A stretch of 44,822 nt of DNA, taken from assembly GCA_032718475.1 (NCBI GenBank), contig JAUCBJ010008872.1, forward strand, positions 1 through 44,822, written 5' to 3'. A model generated the notes under the pieces. The model made no database searches and was not told the origin of the DNA. It was given only the letters and a program-made list of their open reading frames with translations. The stretch comes from Nemertoderma westbladi. Lineage: Eukaryota > Animalia > Xenacoelomorpha. Each line of letters starts with the position of its first letter. Within the stretch, counting starts at the first letter, position 1. Of the stretch, positions 35,108 to 44,822 are shown piece by piece. The position numbers and the translations under genes are program-made.

Positions 35108-38100
35108 CTGAAGAGCAAAGGGTTGTTGCTGTGGATGACTCGATGAACGAGGGTTTTGGAAGGCTTGCGAGCCTACCGAAAAATGTGAAGGCATTGACCC
35201 CACCCACCAGGCTTCGACACCGGTCGTTGATCTAGGAAGGCTTGCGAGCCTACCGACAGATCAAAAGGTTGTCAAACCGCCACACGACGATTCGATGCCA
35301 ACTAGTGACACCGGAAGGCTTGCGAGCCTACCAGACACATTGACACTAGCCACCGCAGCGGACGAAGACGTGGACGAGGACCATGGCGCAGTGCAAGCAG
35401 CGCTTGACCGACTGCTGACTGAACGGACCATTAAATGGTTAGAACAGGACTCAGCAGAACCCGGTAGTTACGAGACCGCTATGTCAGAACAGGAAAAACG
35501 GTCATTAATTATTATGAGAGATACCATTCGCCAGACTGCGAATGGCCACTATGAAGTTGGCATGTTGTGGCGCAATGGACAACCTAAGCTTGTTAACAAC
35601 TACCCGCTTGCTTTGAGGCGACTCAAATCAATAAGGCAGCGATTGTTACATGATGAGACGGCCCATATGCAATACAATGCGCAACTTCAGACGTATCTCC
35701 AAAAGGGATACGCCATTAGGATGTTAAATCCCGAGGTAACCACAGATCAGACATATTACCTGCCACATCATTTTGTTCGACACCCGGACAAACCTGGCAA
35801 GGTGCGTGTAGTCAACTACTGCGCTGCGCTTTACCAAGGGATGTCTATGAACAGCAAACTGATGGATGGGCCGAATATGAATAATTATCTCATGGGAGTC
35901 CTAATGCGTTTTAGACAATGCAAAGTGGCTTTCACCTGTGACGTAGAGGCCATGTTTCACCAGGTTAAGGTTTGGAGCGGGACAGGGACAGCTTGAGGTT
36001 TCTTTGGTATCCAGACGGAAATTTAGAACTTCCGCCAGAAACTTACCAAATGCAGGTAAGAGTTTTCGGAGCCAGGGACAGCCCCAACTGCACCATGTAC
36101 GCCTTAAAGCAAACTGCATTGGACAGACAAGACCAATTTGACCCAGAAGTAGTTTGGACAGTGGAACGAGACTGTGGATGACGATGATGTGGATGACGGC
36201 CTCAAGAGTTGTGACACTCTGGAGCGCGCTACGACCGTAGCACACCAACTCCAGGATTGTCTTGCTGAGGGCGGATTCCGCCTTACGAAGTTCGCTTCCA
36301 ACGAACCCGAACTAGTGAACTCATTCGACCCGACGGATTGCAGTGGAGGAGATTTGGACTTAGACCTAGAACCTCTACCTACGACCAAAGTATTAGGACT
36401 TAGTTGGGACCCGAACACCGACAATTTTAGGGTATGTGTAAGGTCCAACGACCAGACTAGACCTCTCACTAAGAAGACTTGCTTATCGACCATGAGTCGA
36501 TTGTATGACCCATTGTGTTTCATTAGTCCAGTGATCCTACATGCTAGGATCATACTCCGCAGCATTTGGCAAGCCGGACTGGAATGGGACGATCCCATCC
36601 CAGAAAAGTTAGCTGAGCAATGGAGGGACTGGGAAGCCCAACTGACGTTCCTACAAGACTATACCATACCAAGGGTATACTTTCCTTTGCAGACCACCTT
36701 TCCTGCCAATTTAGAGCTTCACAGCTTCAGTGACGCTAGTAAGGATGGACTGGGGGTTAATTTGTACCTTACACGACAAGTGACATCGGACAGCTAGGAA
36801 GTGTCTCTCGTTACTTCAAGGGCTAGAACAATGCTGTTGAAGTATATGACTGTACCTCGTGGAGAGCTGCAAGCCGGGACGATATCCACCGATATTGTCA
36901 GTTTAGTTCAACGCGAGCTGGAGGCTAACTTGAAGGTCACATATTGGACGGATGCGACGTTGGTACTTTGGTACATAAACAACGAAACATTCAAGTTCAA
37001 GACTTTCGTAGCCAACAGACGGCTGAAATATTGGACCGGTCGCTCAAACAAGATTGGCGTCACTGTCCAGGGAAGCTGAACCCAGCTGACATCGCGTCAC
37101 GGGGGTTGCTACCAATCGACTTTTGTAAACCGGACAATAAATCCTTTTGGTTTAGAGGACCCGATTTCCTACAGCGACCATCAGACGAATGGCCACCATT
37201 ATTTGACGCAACAACTAATACCATACCAGAGGGTGCCGAGATAAAAATCGACACAGTTGTCAAATCTAAAGCGAAAGCCAATGCCAAGGTCAAGAGGAAA
37301 CAAGGACGGATGAAATCTGATGACCTGGACGTTAGACCTGACAATACGCCAGAAGTCTCACCAGACTCTCGACCAGACGCTTGTATGAATCTTTCACCGG
37401 ATGTTCCACGGGAGATTTCACCAGACGTTTTGCTGGATTGTTCACCGGATGACTCTCCAGATTTATTCACCAGAAGCGACACCAGATTGTTCTCCGGATT
37501 GTTCGCCAGACTGTTTTATCGAACTCTCGACAGATTGTCTACCGGACGTTTCACCAGACTCTCCACCAGACATCTCGACAGACTTTCCACCAGAATTTAG
37601 ACCAGACTTTCTGACAGAAGCTACGCCAGACTTTCTTTGGGACTGATGACAGGACATTTCGCCGGAAGTTCCGCGCTATGTCTCACCAGACGTCTCACCA
37701 GACTGTCTACTAGACTTTCCATTGGAAAGAAACGACGTGTACTGTAAGGACGCAATGAATTCATTGGAGCTGACTAGTACACACCCATTAGGTATTAACA
37801 ACTTACCGAATTTGACTTCTTTGGACGACGAAGGTGTGGCCACAGCGATCACACTCCGCTCAAGGAAAATACTTGACTTACCACCTACAGGTAAACGTGT
37901 GACTAAGGTTAGGAAGCTTACAAGCTCACAGGAACACACTAGCACTGTAGAGTTGAAACCGTTACTGCCAGTCAATTCACTAGGTGCGGACGGTAGAGGT
38001 AAGACTGTGGAGATTGACATACTTGAGGACACAGACAAACCTATTGTACAAAGGGAGACACCTACCGGAAGGCCCGTGGGCCTACCAAGTCCAAACAAGT

Positions 38101-39940
38101 ATCCACATTACGACTATACCTCACCTGATGACGTCACTAACACTTACGTTGACAGGATAGTAAACCTAACTAGATCATGGACTGACGCATGCCGCAAGAC
38201 TTACCTTAGAGGAAGTTGGTCTTTGTGAAGTTGATATTATAAGACATTATCAATTGTGATATTTCGCACAAGAGTTCACAGCGATCAATCAGGGTAAACA
38301 GATCAAGTCTTCACCGATTTTGAGTTGGAGTCCGATTATTTATAGGGGCTTACTTTGTCACAAGTCTAGACTCCAGAACATTGACTTTGCACTTGACTTT
38401 AGGTATCCTATCATCATACAGCAACACCATGAGTTACAGCGCGCTATGATACTGGACGCACATGTATGACTCAAACACGTGGGTAGACATCACTGTCTAT
38501 CACACTTACGATCGAGGTTTGTACTGATTAGGCCTAGCAAGGCATTGAGTTCGGTAACACGGAACTGTATAATTTGTAAGAAGGTGCACGCGAGGATAGG
38601 ACACCAAGAAATGAGTGAACTAACACTAGCAAGATTACAGGCTTTTAGACCCCCTTTCACTGAGACAGGGATAGACTGTTTTGGACCTATAATCGCGAAA
38701 CGCGGAAGGGTACAGGTAAAACGTTGGGGATTGATCTTCACTTGCATGGCCAGCAGAGCTGTCCATATTGATCGTGTGACAGACTTGACCACCAACGCCT
38801 TTATCCTAGCCTTACGGCGATTTATCGCTAGACGTGGATTGGTCAAATCCATTTATTGCGACCAAGGGACTAACTTTGTGGGTGCACGGAATGAAATAAC
38901 CAGAGCTTTAAGGAAGTTGGACAAAGACCAGATTTCCGAGGAACTACGTCCTCACCGTATTGTTTGGAACTTTAACACTCCTGACAGTCCGTGTAGAGGC
39001 GGCGTTTGGGAAAGGCTGATTGGCTCAATCAAGACGGCTATGGCAAAAGTAATACCGACGCAACACATTAACAGACAACCAACTGACGACGTTGTTAATA
39101 GAAATCGAAGCGGTTTTGAACACTAGACCGATCGCTTTGATCCCAGACAATAACGACGCACAGTTTGCCTTGACACCAGCGCACCTGCTTATGCAGGCGC
39201 CGACGACATTGTTGCCCACTTCAGTACCTGTCGATAGCGACGGATACGGCAACAAAGCTTGGAAAATCACTCAGCTGATAGCCAACAAATTCTGGGAAAT
39301 ATGGCAGAAGCATTATTTGCCCTCTATTTCGACCAGAACCTCTTGGTATCTTAATACCCGATGTTTGAGATGCGGTGACCATGTTTTATTGGCTGAAGCC
39401 AATCTGAAAAGACGGTTTTGGCTGACTGGAGTCATTTTGACCACGCACCCTACATCTGGTGTAGTAAGGACAGTTACTGTACGGACTATCGACGGACGTA
39501 CCGTAGATAGGCCTGTACAACGTCTCGTGCTCCTTGAGGAGACTAGAAACGAGACAGGAGACTACAAATCTCCACCCAATATTAGTAAATAGAGATGTGG
39601 GACCCTTGATGGCCACCACATAGACTTACCGTATTTTAGTAATTTAGTATTTTGTATTACTGTATGTGCATTTGAATTCCTCTTCACTGTAGATAGAGAC
39701 AGCGGTGGAATTCCATTGTCTTTATATGTGAACATGGAGGGTAGTACCCTTATGTATCACATAGGAGCGGGATTGTGTGTACAGTAGGAATGGAATTCCA
39801 CTTGGAACCCACAAGTGAGACAATTTTTCAAAAATTATTAGACAAATCCATTTGGTTGGAATTAAATTTAAGAAAAATGATTCTCCAGTGAATGCGAATT
39901 CTAGAATACAGCTAGATAAAAATTAAAATTGGGGAGGACA
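35108..39940 (+). mobile_element. BEL/Pao LTR retrotransposon pol (RT, RNase H/Peptidase_A17, integrase, DUF5641), degenerate and 5'-truncated
   Basis: YYLPHH...KPGKVRVV, DVEAMFHQV, FGARDSP, VDD, YDPL, LHSFSDAS, PRGELQA, NPADIASRG, PPFTETGIDCFGP, DQGTNFVGA, GGVWERLI, RPVQRLVLLE; purine tract ggggagga near 39930. Confidence 0.93.
37330..37720 (+). repeat. 12/24-bp SPDxxPD coding repeats between RNase H and integrase
   Basis: Recurrent tcaccagac/ccggat motifs. Confidence 0.8.
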
Positions 39941-39962
39941 AGAGCGGATGGAAGGCTTGCAA

Positions 39963-40567
39963 TGTGACGGGATCCAGGGAGGATCCCGGTTTATCCGGTT
40001 TTTAATCTACGCGTCCCCGCCGTGTGTGAAAAGTGAAACAGTTTGTTGATCGTTGTATATGGTCCTTCGGGTATAATAGCATAAATGAATAAATGATACA
40101 CGGGATAGATGATACAATGCAATGATACACAATAGAATATTAATGGTAAACGGAAGGCGGGTATCGAAGACGGTGATTAAAGTGCCGGTACTTCCCTAGC
40201 TAAACTAACCTAACTAACTGATTGAATGACACACTGAATAAATGATACACTGAATAAATGATAGCTGTACTGGTAATGTATATTGCACGGTTGGCCAAGT
40301 TACGTTACCCAGCCGGTGCCTTCCCCCCATTGGCTAATAACTCTGTTGTCACCCTTTGCCCCCCTCTGAAGTGCTTCCCTTCGCCCTTGCTATTCTCTCT
40401 CTTTCAGGGGTGTAACCCCTGAAAGTTCTGACCCTTATTGTGCGTATGTGTCTCCTTCCCACTTTGTTGGGGTGACATGAGGTTGATATTGGTAATCAAC
40501 CTCGTGCTCCCAATATTGCTTAACGGCTCACTTTATGGGGTGGTTAGCGGAATTGGATAAGCTAACA
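39963..40567 (-). mobile_element. 3' LTR (~605 bp) of the minus-strand BEL/Pao element, with PPT at 40568-40576
   Basis: The minus strand reads GGGGGGGAG|TGTTAGC...CCCGTCACA (TGT...ACA termini). The second LTR is outside the window. Confidence 0.65.
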
Positions 40568-41265
40568 CTCCCCCCCATGCTATCTTCCCGGTGAGAAGAT
40601 AGCATCCACCTCTAGTGCGCTACAATTCCGCTGGATCCCGATCTAGCATCGGGTGTGGGGTGGGATTATTTTCTTTCGGAGCCGGCTTTCCAGGCCGCTC
40701 CCTATGGGTATGATAATGCTACCCATTTGACTGGCGTCCCGTGTCGGGCCGAACGTGCGCTCCTCTCACACGACTTTTGTTTCCCCAGCACTTTCGCCAC
40801 TCTAACTCTACTCTACTCTCACCCCAACTCTTACACTCTCGGACCTCTTCGTCCCTTAATCTGCCTCTTACTTCTCCCCCCCCCCCCACACTTGAATTGC
40901 GCTCGCACTCTCTCTATACCCCGCACTCTCTCTGCACTACAACTCAACCTCTATCCTGACCACTCACTCCCGACGAGTCTCACCCCTCCCTTTTGTGCAG
41001 TCGCACTCAAGAAGCGTGATGTCGTCCTATGTCTCGTCCGTGCTAGTATCATAGTCCATTGGTCCCCAGTCCCAGTAGCTAATTGAGAAAGGTTATATGA
41101 CTATAGTACTTACTTCGAATATATTTTATTACTAGATTACTGATTGTTACGTACGTACATACAAATTGCACTTATTCGATTATTTACATTATTTGAATTT
41201 GTATTTAAGAGTTCGCACGTCTCGCGTGGTGCCTTCCAGGCATGTTACACGAAGTCTTAGTTCGT

Positions 41266-42165
41266 TCAACCACCCTTTGGGAACCGTCTCAAGTCTTTCC
41301 CTTTGCCGTCCTCATCCCTGGGTCGTTTCCTGATTACTACCGCTCCTCTGGGATCTGCTTTCTGTCTTCGGACTCTCGCCGCCACCTCCTTACTGATCCC
41401 GGTTGTTGGCTCCTTGGGTGCCGGTGTTATCAGCTCCCGATATCGCTTCGCGGGTGGCCCCTCCGAGTGGCCCTGTTGTCTCCCCCTGGTGGCGTCCCAT
41501 AAGATCATCTTCATTGCCTGCGGCACATGCTCCGCCAAGAAATCCCTAAACTCTCCTCTGTTCTGTGGCCTCCACCTATCCAAATACCTCTGCGTATTTA
41601 TCACCCCGGCATATGATGCCGCCGTTGCCACTTCCTGGTAGGTAAACGGAAGCCTCCGTTTGATAATCTCCATGTGAGCCTCCTGATTGATGTTAAAGAA
41701 GCCCCACTGGAACTCCTGGGCCTTCATACGTTGCCGAGTCATCGCCCCGACATCGGCCCATTCCTCGAAGACCCTAAATTTCTCTTCGTCGTCCAGGATC
41801 ATGTATCCTCCCCTGTTGACGGACTCTATGAACCTCTTCCAATCTTTCCTCGGTGACTCTCTCGCGTACTTCGGAATCCCGAACTTCGCCTCGTCTCCTT
41901 TCACCACGTAGTGGAAATGTTCGAAGATCGCATTGTCCAGCGACGGCGTCCCGTAGGTCCCGACCAGCCGCTGTTCATGCATCTCCCTGAAGTGGTCCTG
42001 TAGCGCTCGTGCTGCGTGACCCTTCTCTAACCGGTCATAGTATACCCTCGTCCTCTCTTCCGGATGCCTCTTGGTGAAATCCACCAGTATCTCCTTTCCT
42101 CCCTGCTCCGCCTTTCTCTTTCGCACAAGTTTGATTGCCATCTCGAACTCTGCCCGATCGCTCAC
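41266..42165 (-). CDS. Extra ORF of unknown function (~290-299 aa) between integrase and the 3' LTR
   Basis: Uninterrupted GC-richer ORF in AT-rich flanks; likely start GAGATGG (MAIKLVRKRK); charged, with no TM segment. Confidence 0.7.
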   Translation of the reverse strand: MSDRAEFEMAIKLVRKRKAEQGGKEILVDFTKRHPEERTRVYYDRLEKGHAARALQDHFREMHEQRLVGTYGTPSLDNAIFEHFHYVVKGDEAKFGIPKYARESPRKDWKRFIESVNRGGYMILDDEEKFRVFEEWADVGAMTRQRMKAQEFQWGFFNINQEAHMEIIKRRLPFTYQEVATAASYAGVINTQRYLDRWRPQNRGEFRDFLAEHVPQAMKMILWDATRGRQQGHSEGPPAKRYRELITPAPKEPTTGISKEVAARVRRQKADPRGAVVIRKRPRDEDGKGKDLRRFPKGG

Positions 42166-42649
42166 CCTTTGGGTGGTGCCTTACCAAGGCGCTATAGGAT
42201 GAGTGACAGGTTTAGATGGTTTATTTTCAGTTCGATGGCCTATCTCCCTCTGAATTTCTGAGTTATTGCCTATTTTACACTGCTTTATTTCTGTAGCTAC
42301 CAAATTGTACCTAAATTGCGAATTTTGTCAGTTACTTTTATTATGTTCCAGAATTTTCTTTCCTACTGTTACCATAATTTGCTAATTTTTCAGCCCTATT
42401 CTTATTTTATTTTAACTTAATTTTAATTCTACTGTCCTACTACTTACTGTTGCCTATGGATTATTCTATTTCATAATCCACATTCTGGCCTACTCTGTGG
42501 GCTTGTGCAGTACAACAGTATGCGTCGCGCGGCCTACACGATTTATCCAGCTGTACTCATATGCCCCCCTCTGGCTACTAACTACTGACTAATATCTATA
42601 CTATATATACCCTTCTACCTCTATCTCTTACTAACTAGTTCTACGTACT

Positions 42650-43240
42650 TTCTTACTAACTTCTAACTCTCTCTAACTAACTAACGGTACTACGTACCCT
42701 CTAACTCTTACTCTCTCTAACTAACGGTACTACGTACCCTCTAACTCTTACTAACTCTCTAACTAACGGTACTACGTACCCTCTAACTCTTACTAACTCT
42801 CTGACTAATGGTACTACGTACCCTCTAACTCTTACTAACTCTCTAACTAACGGTACTACGTACCCTCTAACTCTTACTCTCTCTAACTAACGGTACTACA
42901 TACCCTCTAACTCTTACTAACTCTCTAACTAACTAACGGTACTACGTACCCTCTAACTCTTACTAACTCTCTAACTAACGGTACTACGTACCCTCTAACT
43001 CTTACTAACTCTCTAACTAACGGTACTACGTACCCTCTAACTCTTACTCTCTCTAACTAACGGTACTACGTACCCTCTAACTCTTACTCTCTCTAACTAA
43101 CGGTACTACGTACCCTCTAACTCTTACTCTCTCTAACTAACGGTACTACGTACCCTCTAACTCTTACTCTCTCTAACTAACTAATGGTACTACGTATCCT
43201 CTAACTAACCTCTATCTAACTCAACTAACTAACTTCTATC
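42650..43240. repeat. ~40-48-bp tandem array (~13 copies) containing a GGTAC-TAC-GTACC hairpin
   Basis: ctaactaacggtactacgtaccctctaactcttact(aa)ctct. Confidence 0.95.
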
Positions 43241-43383
43241 TGCCTACTTACTGCGTACCTATTATTTATATTTATTATTTATTTATTTTTATTTTATTTT
43301 TTTGTGTGGGAAGGGCGTCTCGCCCTCAATCCCACCCCCCTCAGTCCAAAATTTGGACGACTAAACTCCTCTCACACTTTACT

Positions 43384-44822
43384 CTAAGGTGCCCCCTCTA
43401 GAAGACAACACTTTCCTACAGCCCTTCTGTAGGTTTTCCTGTCTTTCGCACCTATCTTGCCACCTATTCGCACTTCTACCGATCGGACTCTTCCGTCTTC
43501 GTCGGAGTAAGTGCCTACAACTCTCGCCAACCGCCACTGGTTGTTGATGATAGTATCATCCGTGACGATCACGAGATCACCCACTTTCAGCTCCCTGTTC
43601 GTCTTCCTCCACTTACTTCTTCTGTGAAGCGTGGGTAGGTATTCCTCAACCCATCTTCTCCAATATTCCGCGCTTATCGCTTTAGCGACTTTCCAACTCT
43701 GGCATGAGTGTATGTCATCTGGGTCTACACCCCGCATGTCGATGGTCGCTGGTCTTTCCATTAGGAAATGGCTTGGCGTCAGAACGTCTAGTGACTCAGG
43801 GTCATCATTCTCTGGATATAGCGGTCTGCTATTAATGATACCCTCACACTTCGCAAGTACTGTCCTTAGCACGTCCTCCGTAACCATATGGGTGTTCATC
43901 AGCTTCGTCATCAGATGCTTCGAACTACCCACTAGTCTCTCGACGCATCCTAGGGTATGCGGTGCATACGGCGTCCTCCTCTCCCACTTTACTTGTCGTC
44001 GCCTCATGGCTGCCCTGACTTCCTCTCCTTCCAGGATATCCAAGGCCTCTGCCATCTCGTTCTCCACCCCCACAAAGTTGGTCCCGTTGTCGGAGTATAT
44101 TACTGCGATCGTCCCACCTTTGCGGTCTCTAAACCTCTCTAAGGCATTAATGAATGCCTATGCGGTTGCATCTTGGGCGAGTTCTATCCCTACCGCCCGC
44201 GTGTTATTACATACGAAGATAATACCGTAGCGTTTCTCCGTGTGCCGCATCACCTTGATCTTTATCGGCCCGAACATGTCCACACCGCAATGTGTAAATG
44301 GTGGGTCGTGCTGTCTTACCCTACTTGCTGGTAGTGGTGCCATCTCCTGTATGGCTCGCTCCTTCTTCGCTCGTCGGCAGGTCTGGCACTGCCCCACTAC
44401 CGCCTTTACATTCTTCCTCAATTGTTTGACCCAAAAGGTCCTCCTTATCTCCGTGAGGGTTCGGTTGGTGCCCCCGTGCAATATCGATTTGTGGGAGTCC
44501 CAAATAATCTGGTGGACTATCGGCGATCCTGTGGGGATGATGATGGGCTTCGGTGGAACAACGATACTGTTGTTGTATCCCACCCTAGAGTTCATTACTA
44601 GGATCCCATCGTCATTAAGTTATGGCGACAGTGTGATCAGCTCGCTGTCCCGTCGGAGATGCTGTTGTTTACCGACGCGCTCCACCTCGTCGCCCTAGTT
44701 CTTCTTTTGCTCGTAGCGGATGACTGCTTTAGCCGCTCCTTCCAGATCTATTGCCATTCTAATCTTCACGTCTTTGCCAACTCCCCTGAGGAAATTCCCG
44801 AAGGCTCTCCTACTACTAGGAT
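43384..44822 (-). mobile_element. BEL/Pao integrase and DUF5641 (second element, continues off the window), with in-frame stops near 44158 and 44696
   Basis: H...HGG...CQTC zinc domain, PPFTHCGVDMFGP, YSDNGTNFVG, GCVERLV, INSRPL, LTPSHFL, DGRVRSV. Confidence 0.93.

Noticed and set aside
41266-42165. env gene
   Set aside because: No signal peptide, no TM segment and no cysteines
42650-43240. CRISPR or telomeric array
   Set aside because: No unique spacers, and no true (TTAGG)n or (TTAGGG)n run; the units are composite

Overview
Eukaryotic DNA, most likely from an invertebrate animal: AT-rich, with spliceosomal introns and an invertebrate-type EGFR fragment. The window is a nest of transposons around a small C2H2 zinc-finger duplication. 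Left to right: (1) a minus-strand gag-like ORF with EAAAK-type repeats, a long leader and a possible PBS/LTR (1-4.8 kb); (2) a fold-back MITE; (3) three frameshifted EGFR/ErbB exons (5.65-7.5 kb); (4) two paralogous minus-strand C2H2-ZNF loci, one decayed and cut by a piggyBac remnant and one a correctly spliced ~735-aa gene with 96-bp repeats; (5) Merlin, Harbinger and hAT-like DNA transposon pieces plus minisatellites; (6) a decayed BEL/Pao gag; (7) a near-intact tyrosine-recombinase retrotransposon (DIRS order, Ngaro-like); (8) a 5'-truncated but open APE-RT LINE; (9) two convergent BEL/Pao elements. The best candidate for something undescribed is the YR retroelement. Its order is RT-RNaseH, then Gag, then YR, in separated non-overlapping ORFs, and it is preceded by a ~1-kb array of 52-nt hairpin units. 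The second candidate is the minus-strand BEL/Pao element, which carries an intact non-env extra ORF and a hairpin array between integrase and the 3' LTR. All family calls come from motif recognition by eye; no searches were run.
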